Source: Kudoa neothunni
Lineage: Eukaryota; Animalia; Cnidaria
DNA: 64,000 nucleotides
Direction: 5' to 3'
NCBI GenBank assembly: GCA_964304625.1
Contig: OZ199840.1
Span: 5,817,200-5,881,199, forward strand
Part shown: piece after piece, positions 48,928-60,960 of the stretch
Layout of the letters: each line of letters starts with the position of its first letter
Numbering within the stretch: position 1 is the first letter of the stretch
Notes under the pieces: generated by a model
Told to the model about the DNA's origin: nothing
Databases searched by the model: none
Seen by the model: only the letters and a program-made list of their open reading frames with translations
Made by a program: the position numbers and the translations under genes

Positions 48928-50876
48928 CAGTAGTGCAGGGTTATTGCGTCGCAGGGGTACTACTCACTTTATGATATGATGGCAATTTTTCCTGATAAAA
49001 ACACACAATTTTGTTATTTATAGTAATAAACACTTAAAAATGTTTAATCAAGCGAAATTATTTTTGAAAATATGACCTGGAGTTCGAGAAAATTTGGCTG
49101 CACGCTTATTGTGCACCAAAAATCCCTCAATTAAATCCAACGGCATGGTTAATACGCAGTTAAGAAATCTGAGAAAGTATCTATAGTTAGTTGATAAAGT
49201 TAAAATAATAAATTATTATGATGACAACAAAATTCAATGGCTCAGAAGTTAAAACCGTCGAGAAATTTGAATTAAAATCGACATCTTTAAACAACATAAT
49301 ATTAAAAAAAACCGTATTCTGGAAGGTTATAACACCGAGAACCGATATCACAGCAGCAAAACCTTAATAAAGATAATTTCAACATTTTAGATTCTGAGGT
49401 TAAAGAGTGGATTGAGCTAATGAGGTCACGTAGTATCGAACTCTCTCATGATGATATAATTAAAAAGGTCTACGATTATTCATATGAAGTTAAAACACAA
49501 TTGCTAAGGATGATAGAAGTTGGTTTTAAGGATTTTCCTCGAGAGTTAGGTTGAAAATTACAAATTCATAGGTGAGTCCAAGAATGTTGTTCCTGAAATA
49601 ATGTCTTCTTGGAAAAATCAACTGTTAAAGTTGATCGGAAATTATGATCCAAAAGATACTTTTGATTTGGATGAAATTGGACTATTTTACCGGCCAAAAA
49701 AGGTAAAATACTTATATTTACATCTTTATGTGAAATTTAACGTATGATTATACATTTGAATTGGAGGAAAACTTGCGCGGTTCTAAAAAATCCAAGGAGA
49801 AAGTAACAATTGTTGCGATCTACTCGATGCCAGAAAAAAGACTCTTAATAATAATTCTCGATCATGAAAAACCTTTGATTTATTCCATAAAATAAAAGAC
49901 CTCCAACTTGCCTATTCTATTACATTAGAAAGAAGACTTAATTTTTCCAAAATATCTGATGGTATAAAAGCCGAAACTTCTCAACGTAAGAGAGGAATCA
50001 TATGATTTGGTAAAAATTCGACAGCTCATCTCTCGCTGAATTTTCCAAATATTCAACTCTGTTTTCCCCCATAAGAAATAACCAGCGTATTGTAACAATC
50101 ACATCAAGGAATTATTAGCGGTTTTTAATACATTTACAAGAATCATCTGACGAATTATTTGATAAATAAAGTTACTGTTAATTCCATTAGTATTATTGAT
50201 AAAAATTTAAATAATGATCCATCAGGTTTACTTGATGATATGTACACGATGAAAGTGTGGAAAATAATGAGTGAAAAAAACAATCAAGAGCTGTTCTAAA
50301 AAATCATTCTTGTTAATAATCGTGGATCAGGAGGCGTTATTCTTTCGACTGGAAGTAAATCCCCGGGGGGACCAAACTGAAGGTCGGGTTAATATAGAAG
50401 AAATTACTTAATTTAAAGGTTCAGAGGATAAATAAGTCAACTCAATAAATACTGAAGTCGACGCAATGAATGATCGTTTACTGATGAAAATTATGAAAAA
50501 CTGGCGTCATTTGTTCCATTAATGAGGTGATTGAACATTTAAATAAATTAAGAGAAAATATTTTTACTCATGACTTACCTGTGTTAGAAAATAACGAAAA
50601 ATTGAACTTCTCCGTCTGTAAAAGAATGATAAAATAGCTGACTATTTAAAAAAACTACATATTTTCGATTAATTATGATGTAATTTTTTGTTTAACATCC
50701 AACTTTTCCTGAATATTTACGAGTTATCATTAATATAAGGAAGAGAATGTAATTTTTAAATACAAAATACGAGCGCGCGCCACTGTTATCCGTCTGGCAT
50801 AACGATCGCACAAACATGGATATTACGCACCTAAATGGTTTGTCCCAAAAAAGTGCTTAGTATCCCTGCACTACTG
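48928..50876 (+). mobile_element. pogo/Tigger-type (Tc1-mariner superfamily) transposon, degraded
   Basis: TA|CAGTAGTGCAGGG...CCCTGCACTACTG|TA; remnants DTFDLDEIGLFY, SKEKVTIV and QGIISGF. Confidence 0.85.
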
Positions 50877-51581
50877 TATAAAAGGAGATATATAGAATTT
50901 ATTTGGGTACACGAGATAGATTTACTGACACAATTTTATTTTGAAAGGAACTGCACGATAATTTTTCATATAATAGACGATAATACTTTAAAACTACTAT
51001 GTAATCCTAATCCATAAACCTTAATAAATGCTAGAATCATCAATTAACTGCAAACATAATGTTATAATTGAAGTTATGTTATAAAATAGTTTATTTACAA
51101 CCATTTTCGCAAACAAATCTCATTAACAAAAGTTCACGTGTTCTTAATTAACGTATCGGATACTTCCTGTTATATGGAATTAACACTTAACGATTTTAAA
51201 AAAATTTCGCCGATAAACTTAAATATAACTTTTTGCGGGAAATTTCCGCTTAATCCATGCATTATCGGCCAATTTATGGGTAAAAAATCAACTAAGTTAT
51301 TTATCTTGTTTTGAAAAGTACTTAATGATAGTTCATTTATTGTTATACGTAATTATGAAATTAAAATTTTGATACAAACATTATTTTAGGCGATATTCCC
51401 ATCCATTGGAATAGCCTGTGTTAATCTCGATTGTAATTGTAATCATAACAAACGAAAACCACAACCAAGTCAATAACAAACAAAATCATATATTATAACA
51501 GAAATATTAAGAACAAATCTTCATGACGATGAAGCGTATACCGGTAGTTCACCAATATAAGCATCAGATAAGCTCAATAAA

Positions 51582-53219
51582 TCAAAGGTCTTTCTCTGGT
51601 GGATAGACGTTCGAATTGACCATGGCGCTCGGTGGTTGCATTATTTGTTCCGTATTGTCGATTTTGGTTGGTGGTGGTTGGTTGAGAGTATTGTTCCGAA
51701 GTGTGGAGCCAATTTTGGAGTTGTCTCCCACACCTAACCCATCCAATAATATAACAACACAATACAAAGATAATAATTACCCCCAACACCAAATTGATTT
51801 TGATGAGAATTTGAAGCTGAGTTACTAAGCGAGGTTTTCTCGATTGTGGTAGTTGTGGAAGAGAAAGAAGAAGACTGTGCAGGTTGATAATTTTTGGTGG
51901 ATGCCCACATATTATTAGCTCCACCACTGTTTGTGGCAGAATTTTCCACAGGTGCCGAAGAGCTGTTTGAATTGACATTGGATGGTGGAATATTGTGTCT
52001 GTTGGTTGTGCTGTTGCTGTTGCTGTTACCGTTGGGAGGAGCAAGACTTGCATCGCTGGTACTGGAAGGATTTATTATTCGTTGATTGGGATGGGTGGAT
52101 GGTGGTGGTGGTGGTGGTATATTCGAGAACTGAGGGTGTACATTTCCATTGGGTGGATGAGTACGTGGAGGCAGCTGGACATGATTGGAAGGAGTTGCAG
52201 AACGACGGTTATTGGCACCAGCCGCATTAGGGTGACTCATTCGATACACATTGGCACTATCGGCATTTGAGTAGTCGGAGTAGTTTGGCATCATCGGCAC
52301 ATTGGTTGGCATTTGACGAATATTTTGGGGAGGAATCGGTTGATTTGGTGGCATCATACCATGATAAACGTGCTGTTGTTGTCGTGCCAAATGAGGCGGC
52401 ATTTGAGGCATTGGTTGTCTGTAGATGTGTGGTCCAGGTTGGTTGAATAGATGAGGTAACTGTACATTGGGGCGGGTCATATTGTTTGCATTTCCAATAA
52501 GTTGATGTTTTTGTTGCTGTATAGCAGCAGGAATGATATCATGGGAGAATATATTTTGTGGGAAGTTGATTGTTTTATGGTGGTCAATAATACTACGGAA
52601 ATGGCCATCCAACACTAATCTACAGGAAACATTAGCCAGCGCGGTGGAAAAAGTGTATGTGTATCCATCTAAGGGAGCGGATTGGTAGTAAAAATTCGGC
52701 TGAGTGTTTTCGTTTACACGTCTCAGACCCATATTGTATCGATCGTTCAAGCCATGGGAAACCGCAGCCGCGGCAGCAGCAGCAGCCAGCAGAGTAGTTG
52801 ATTTTGGTGGTCTTCCACGTCTTCCTTTAACTCGTGGCAATTTTTCTATTGTATACCCACATTGAGATTATATGACGATAAACTCAATAATTACGTGGAA
52901 TTTCCTCCTCCATTAGCATATACGGTGGGCTGTCAATATCAGTCATGTAGAGTTTGCGTTTCTCACTCTCAATCACACATTTTCTTTTGACGCGACCACT
53001 ATCGGTAAGAGTTGCATTGAGTGAGGATTCGGAACGAGTTGTTGGATGGCTGGGGCTGTTGGCTGTGGAAAGGGGTGGTGAATTTTCACTGGACTTGGTT
53101 TTGTTTTCTTTAGCTTCCGAAACGTCGAACTCGGAATTATCGTCGTTGTCCTCACCGACTGAGGGTAGTGTAGATTGATTCTCGCTGGCGGCAGCAGTAA
53201 CTTCCTCTTGAGAGTCGTT
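51582..53219 (-). CDS. BCL9: BCL9/Legless-like protein (HD1, AT-hook-like motif, Pro/Gln/Asn-rich); 5' exon(s) upstream unresolved
   Basis: Introns 52846-52894 and 51734-51780 join exons; splice acceptor at 53220-53221. YTFSTALANVSCRLVLDGHFRSIIDHH (52577-52657) aligns without gaps to BCL9 HD1 as recalled (YVFSTEMANKAAEAVLKGQVETIVSFH). RVKRKCVIE resembles BCL9L KRRCVLE. Possible start ATG at 53373. Confidence 0.72.
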
Positions 53220-55486
53220 CTAAATTAAAAATACATATGATTATAATTGTTGTATTGGATCGGCTCATATAGATAAGAAAATTCTGCAAATGCAAACCGA
53301 GATCAAGTGATTAGTATACAAAATTAAGCCATATTTTTTCTCAATCAAATCAATCAACCAACCATTTCGACATTTAATTACACTTTTAACGCACCACATC
53401 GAACACCACAATATGCATCATTTCTTATTGTCGGCGATCATTATGGACATATACGGTTTAAGCTAGCAACACCCATCCGAAAAGAAAACACATAATTAAT
53501 TCCAAAAGAAAAAATGTAATTAGGAAAAATCACACACGTCCCCATTTCAACCACAAAACCATCACAAACAGAACGTAGTTGGAGCGCTTGTGAGGTTGAG
53601 CGATTGAAATCTCACCGACGTATAAACTACCATTCCATTCGGGTAATTCATAAAAAATTGTTACGAACAACATTAATTAAATTGGCGGACCATAACACCA
53701 AAAACTCCATCAATCGCAGACACATTTGAGGAACCGCGATACAATACAACAACATGGAATTAGCAGTCAAGTTGATGAATCCATTTGAAATTACACATTA
53801 AATCTCGCGAAAAAATTTTAAAAATTATCACCAACTACATGTAAACAGAGAAAATACATACTTTCGTTGACATGATCTCAAAATTTAGCAATCCTTATTA
53901 ATCGTTGGCTTCCGAAGTGAACTGAATATTAGTCTAACCGCACATGTAATTATCAGGAGATTAGGATTGACGTAATTTAATCCGTGCCTACTAATCTATT
54001 ACATAATACGATTATATGATAATGTAGGAGGTTGATGTGTTGAACATTGCACCGCCACAACTCAACTACTGCTGATTGTTTCAGTGAATTTATGATTTAA
54101 ATTTTTCCGAAACCAAATCTCCGGGTGGAACTACTAACATAATCCAAATTGTAAACCTTATTAATTCAAATCGCCATTTTAAATCGTTTATTAAGATATT
54201 AATCGATTATATGCGCTGATAATCCTATTCTAGAGGTTGAACTGTGACTCCCATCACTCTATCCACCTAGAAACAACCTATTACCGATAAGATTTTAGGT
54301 TGAACATTAGAGATGATTTTTCTCGAGCAATCGCATTTCAAATGTTTTCGATCAAACATAATCAGGATATCTTCACTCAGTTAGGTGATAGATTGTAGCG
54401 CGATTCTAAAGTGGATGGTATTCGTTCTACTTCATCCTCCATCTGATATATATTATCTTTTATGGAAACTGGATGTGATAAATATTGTGCCAATTGTTTC
54501 TATTCGATGTGCTGAATGAATATTCAGTGCGTCCTACTTGGGTGTTTCTTTATTAATCCAATTCACTTGTTGGATTATAATAACTGGACATATTTACAAG
54601 CATAGCATTAATTATTGTTTTTATTGAAATTAATCGATGTATTTGGAAATGGGTGTTATTTATTTCTGTGTATACTGACTTTGAATGGTCGTTTTGAAGT
54701 TTAAACGCCTGACTTTATGTTTGCAGTCGTTGTTTGTGTTTAATGTCGAAAATCCTCGCCAGGTATCGAATTTATTTTTACGAGTTGAATTTGGTGGTCT
54801 CTTCTTTCGTTTATTCTCTGCCTAATCGTAGAGTTCGCCGCCCACATCAAAACCCATGTTAGAGTTTTATTTATATTGCCCGAATTTAAATCTCATCGTT
54901 ACTTTATATTTTGCATTGTTTGCGCATGTTTTGGTTTATCGTTGTGAGTCTTTATTATTTTTGTAGTTGAATTAACGTAGATCCGTGCTAACTGTTTTAT
55001 TGCGTAAATATGAAAATACATGTACTGTTTAAAAATTTTGTAATCATTATTAACAAAACGTACACAGTAGTAACCAAATTCAACTAAATTAATATCTGCT
55101 CGGCTTCTACGCGCTGTTTACAATACTTAAGATTTCGTGCCATTTTTCAACAAGAATAAATTTTAAATATATTTGAAAATGGGGAATATTTGTACATCTA
55201 TATTTTATATATCGTATATACATACTCAAGTATATGTCGCGTTTTTTTTTAAAAAGCATGAATATCCGCATGCGACTTTACAAGTGATACAGGCTAAAAA
55301 AATAAGAAAATCTGATAGTGAAGTATATAATTTATTCGTGATAAACTAATTTGCTAATTTAAATAAAATGTTCGTGAGCTATGGATATAATCATCTAAGC
55401 CAGAGGTTCTTAATCGGGGGTAGATTTAAATAACATTAAAATTAGATAGGGGGAATTTTTGCATTATGGGTTTTTTACGTATTTAA

Positions 55487-55832
55487 CCCTCCAATACCAC
55501 CTCGATGTGCCCAATCAACGCCTATTATATCAATAACTTTTCCAAAATATTTATTTCCTTTTTTCCTACCCTACTTGTATTTTATAGTATAAAGGTGCTT
55601 TTAAATATACCTAAATAATGGAGTTTTACGTTTAAAATTAGAAAAAGAAAAAAAGTCATATACATACCTGAACATACCCATCGTATAAATAATAACGTTT
55701 AAATAGTTAAAATGTATAAAAAGCTTTTTTGTAGTAAAATTAAAATTTAAATGTACTTTGACGCAAGGATTTTTTTTAAATTTGTTTTTCGTTTCTATAA
55801 CAACTTGATTCTGTTAACTAATTTCATCTGGC
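55487..55832. repeat. piggyBac-like end sequence; empty-site paralog of 43161-44500
   Basis: TTAA-CCCT start; colinear similarity with the 43.2-44.5 kb copy without its insertion. Confidence 0.7.
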
Positions 55833-56769
55833 ACGCGAGTAGTGCATATTACGATAATTCTGTTAAATTACATATCAAAAAAGGAGTAAAATATAATTGT
55901 TTAAAGTTTAATTTTGAACATCTTAATATAACTCAAAGATTCAAAATCAAAAAATCCTTTGACTGTGTACAGTTAACATATTTCTGTCAATAGGGGAAGA
56001 GATTTTATAATAAAATCATAGATTTTTTGAATAAAACAAAACCTTAGTCGTTAATCCATTCAGGTTCCAATTTTGTATTTTTGTAAGACTGTAATATTAA
56101 GTAAAACCAGAAATGTTATTATTGATTTAAAAAAACTATTTTAAAATTTTATCTCCTTGCAAAGATACGTAGGTTTTTGCAACGTTGGGAAAACGCAACA
56201 AAAATCTTATGCGATATATAAATTTGTGAGTCGCGTGACAAATGAAATTAACAAAAACACTGAATTTTAAACAACAATTTAGTAATATCTATGTGATATA
56301 TTATTAAGAAATTTAAATTATTTTGTTTTCTATATTTTTTAAAGACATCGGTTGTAGTACGTTTGAATATCACTCGATCTTCCTAGCTTAGCTTAGCTTA
56401 GATTAGATTAGCAATAAATAATTATTTTTGGTTCATATTTCAACATTATTTTTTTACTAGTAAAAAAACCTCTGACAAATGCCTCATTTCGCCGTGGGAA
56501 ATTAAGTTTTACATCATTAACCCATTTAACTTACAATTTTTTAGTTTTTACATATCAGATATTAGGCTTAAATAACTATTATAATAATCATCTGAAAAAA
56601 TTCAATTATCAAAGAGTATTTTCGATAACTATTTAGATTCCAAAAATGCAACGAAAAACTTTCCTTGTATGGGAATAAGATTACAACGCACATAAATAAT
56701 ATTTGTCCAATACATGGGGAAAAAAGTTATCTAAAAGAAAATTATAATTTTGATCATTTACTTGTGGAA

Positions 56770-58567
56770 CAGCCCAGAACACTTTATATGAATATGGTTT
56801 CCACAACTTTACAAATATGGACGGTAGTGTTTTTACATACCGACGTCTTATTTTGTGAGGATGAGACACCAATGTTGGTCTATTACAGAGATTTTTGGCC
56901 AATGCTGGTTTTTGTGGATGTTATCAAGTCAGTCACTATATTCCTAACATGTTTCAATAAGTCAATTTATGTGTTATTTACAATATTATTAATCCTCCAT
57001 GAATTTACTACTGCCATTGATATCATATTCGTAAAAATGGGCCAATACCATTTTTTTCCTTTTATGTTAATTCTATAACAAGAAATTAAATTATCGGCAG
57101 TATCTACTCCACCCATAAACTTATTATATGCACATATCATAAATGGCTGACAAATAGTAATTTCTTTTTCTTCGACCTACAGTATCTTTTGATGCTTTGG
57201 AGAGGGTGAGCGGTGTAGCAATTACTCACTGCGATAACAGGTTTTGTATCATTCCATTGATTGCAATGAATATCTTGTTGATCATCAGAAAACATCCCAA
57301 ATTCTCCCTTTGGTTTTTTTTCCATTACTTTTTGGGGAGTAACAGGGCAATTTGATATTCTGTTTGATCTTAAGGTTCCAGTAGCCTTGATATTCCTTCT
57401 TTTGAGCTCTTTAATAATTTATGAGAAGTGAAAAAATTGTCGAAGAAAATATTAAGATCTTTCTCATTTTTTACTTTATTCGAAAACAAAGATTACGATA
57501 CTACCACCCAAACCATATTTTTTATCATAATTTGCTGACTTTCCATTATACACGTCAAAATTATACATATAACCGGGGGATGATGACATAACTCACTGCT
57601 TGAAGCCGAATCTAATTGGTTTATTTTTCATAAACATTTTAGCGGAATGCCTACCAGTATAAGGTACCATCTGCTCATCCACAGATGTATATTTTTCAAA
57701 TATTCCAAATTTTTTGAAATTTTTGTTAAATTCTTGAATTAAAGGACGTACCTTGAAAAATTTATCGATGGTGTCAATATTTGAATTATTATTAGAATGA
57801 GTGCATTTTTTATAGATTTGAAGCGTTTGTAGGTCGTTGAACTTTTAACGAGTTCAACGCCAGCGTCTGGAGAGGATTCCCAATACATAGACTAGCGTGC
57901 TAATCTATGATAACCAGAAAAAATCAAAATGCCAATAAAAGCTTTCATTTCACTAATCGTAACATGAAATCATGGTTGTTATTCTGGTTCGCATATAAAT
58001 TAGTTTGTTTCACGATGTGTGTAAATAAATTTTCATCAAATAACTCCGAAAAAGTTCCATAAGAATTTAAGTTCCTTTCAAGTATTGATGAAAAATTATT
58101 CATATTCTGAGTAATTAATATAGTCTCATTCTAACATAAAAATTTTGATTTTTCTTGAGTAGAATCGACATTAGTTTTATCAGTCCATATCAAGGTATCA
58201 TCGTTTTTAAAGGATTCAAGCGCCTCAGGAATTAAAATGATGTCATATATGCCATTAAAATTGGATTCAAAATTATCCTCAGTATCTGTAAGAGCGTCGA
58301 CTTTTTTAGGAGGTAATAACGCAAAATAATCGACTCTAGATTTTCGTTATCTTCATATTCTTTTATTGCATCAAAAAGATTCATGTACTATTTTGGCTCC
58401 ATTGTACAGTGATATTTAAAGCAGCGCACAGCACAATTATCCCATTCGGGGTTTTAGTTGCATTTTTGCAACACGTGTTTTTTACAAATCAATATTTATT
58501 CATTCCTCTTTTGGTGCATTCATAATCATATATAGATATTAAATGACAAATGGCAGTTTATGCGGGG
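56770..58567 (-). mobile_element. piggyBac (PGBD2/3-like) transposon with a degraded transposase (~56770-58402)
   Basis: Motifs SVDEQMVPYTGRHSAKMFMKNKPIRFGFK, IFFDNFFTS, WNDTKPV and YNKFMGGVD; terminus ...GCGGGG|TTAA (58568-58571); other end not located. Confidence 0.88.
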
Positions 58568-59208
58568 TTAAAGGTATTTTTAAAGATATGATCGGTAAGC
58601 GATCAACTGGCGGTATAAACAGACATCTCTTAACAGCTCATAATATAATAAAGAACAACTATACTGAATTCAGAAATTTTATTCATAAATCATAGTGTTT
58701 ATGTCTTTAAAGTTAAGAGAAAAAATTCATTAGATTCATATGTAAAAAAAATCTGGTAGAAACTCTACTTTGAAACCCGAATTTAATTCAGCGACTGAAA
58801 AATTCTTGTTGTCCATTATGTGTAATTTTAAATAACTTTATATAAAATATCCAAAAATTGAAGCACTCATTTCAACGATTAAAAAGATACACACATGGTG
58901 CCAGATTGCAACAAGAATTAATCTGCCCCTATAGTATACATATCAAAACATATTTTCTTCTTAGCTTCATTTTTAGAATAAACTTATTTAATAGTATATG
59001 TGTATATTTTTTAATTTCATTGAAACCTCAAAATTCCAAGTTCAAGTTCAATTTCAAGATACTTTTAGCCTTTTTTCATACTTGCCTTAGAGTTAGATAT
59101 TCATCTGTATTGCTCTTGATATAAAACATACAAATTTTTATAATTCATTGATATAAAATCAAATTAACATTAATTATATTATCCTTCTAGGTCACATGAA
59201 AATTTACA

Positions 59209-60520
59209 CCCTACAAGTATAATTGGTGTTCAACCGACCCCACGTTTTTATTTGATAAAATATTGGAAAAAATGATAATATTTATTTTTAGAAGTTTTTA
59301 AAAAATTTTATCGATTATATATTCAGTAATTTCATGAATGACATCATGTAATATTTTGGGCGCATGTGCGAATGATAAAGAAATATTTTAACCACAGCTT
59401 ATTTATTACTTTTGAGATCACATATTTTCCATAATCATAATTCAAAATTCATCACATTTAGTAAAATTAATTCTTTATTTAATTTGCGCTTAAAGTGATA
59501 AAAAACATCATAATCCTGGCATAGACTATTGCATAAAACAGGAAGCATAGATACGATTGAAATGTTCATTAAAGCGGAAACGACGCGTTTGTTTCACACT
59601 TAAATATTCCTTAATTCACCAACATGGCAAAAAGTTCCGATTTATTTTGTTACCTCAATATTTTCCACACCATCAAAATGCGAAACTCGCATTATATGGA
59701 GAAATTTGTGTAATGAGACTAAATCGCGATATATCTTTCATTATTCCTCTAACCCAAATATCTCTTTAACCTATTCTCGATAATCCCTGTGATATTTCAT
59801 CAGAAATAAACAGCTAATGAACCCATCCAACTCGATCCATCTATCACCAAAAATGTTTCTACCCATGTATTGGTATTTTTTAAAATAATGGCGTGCATAA
59901 AAGAGCTAAATATTATTCTGAAAGTATCAATTTTATTTTGTAATAAAAACGGAGAGACGCCAGGACAACTATTCATAATATTTGCAACACATGTTCTAGA
60001 TGCCAACGGCGTGTTCATTGACCGTAACATTCCGTTCTTGTGTATTAATGAGTTAAGTTGTATATCTGTATCGATATCAAATTTTTCTAACGATAAATAA
60101 TCATGGAACGATGAAAATGAATCCGAAGATTCGGTATCGGAGTAATTACTATTAAGATCACTTGATCACATCTTTTAAATCAGGGGTGCGAACTTTGGTT
60201 TCGGGTGGTGCGAGATCCGATCAAAATTAAAAATAATTTTTGATAAATTTTAAGTCAGTTACAACTTATCGTATGCGAAGAGATGCGAATTTCGTTTTGT
60301 CCAAAAATGGGGGTGCGAGTCCAGTTTTAGTTGGGAAGCGCTGTTTTAAATTAATTATGGGCATGCGCGATGCCAATTAAGATATGATATTCATGCAATA
60401 AAAACATACTTACTCGATAAAATTTTTTCTAAGTTTCCCCCAAAAATTTAAATCAATATTTTGGATAATTATATGGAAAAAAATCGTGGGGTCAAAAAGA
60501 CCCCAATTATACTTGAAGGG
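59209..60520. mobile_element. Non-autonomous piggyBac-like element containing a hAT MITE
   Basis: TIR CCCTACAAGTATAATTGG vs CCCTTCAAGTATAATTGG with adjacent GGGGTC..GACCCC palindromes; TTAA flanks degenerate. Confidence 0.72.
60181..60343 (-). mobile_element. hAT MITE (163 bp)
   Basis: CAG...CTG ends; perfect 8-bp TSD TTTTAAAT (60173-60180 / 60344-60351); homolog at 45934-46113. Confidence 0.85.
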
Positions 60521-60960
60521 TTATTATAATAAAGATAGATTTAAAAATGTAATTAAATAGTTAAAACACTCACAAAATCAAAATGTTGCCATTTGACAAC
60601 ATAGGGGTTCAAAGGATTAAATGAGAATAAAACTGTGAGGAAAATATCAACCTCCAAATCGACACACGCGTCACTTTCATGAAAAATCCTCAAATATTTT
60701 TAAGAATGTAGATCCAAGTGATCTACTCAATTTTCCTACAATTCAAGATTAAATTTTAAAACAAATAAAAAAAAAAGAGTTGCAGTAAAACCCTTAACAA
60801 ACTATCTTAAGCCAATGCGTTAGTCATTTCAATAAAATTCTAATATGCATTATTAAAATTTAATTTTAAACATTTTTTAAGATTTTTTAATTTACAACTA
60901 ATTTTAATAATTTATTTTAGATGGGAACGTGCAAGTCGCGCGCAACCAAGTCAGCTTTAA

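Noticed and set aside
51574-52270. Alternative-frame ORFs over the BCL9-like exon
   Set aside because: By-products of low-complexity Pro/Asn/Ser codon runs.
53400-55000. Moderately GC-rich region upstream of the BCL9-like gene as an extra gene
   Set aside because: No ORF of 60 aa or more and no recognisable motif; could be UTR exons or decayed repeats.
56384-56412. (TTAGC/TTAGA)n as an interstitial telomeric repeat
   Set aside because: Only about five imperfect units and not a canonical telomere motif; treated as a microsatellite.
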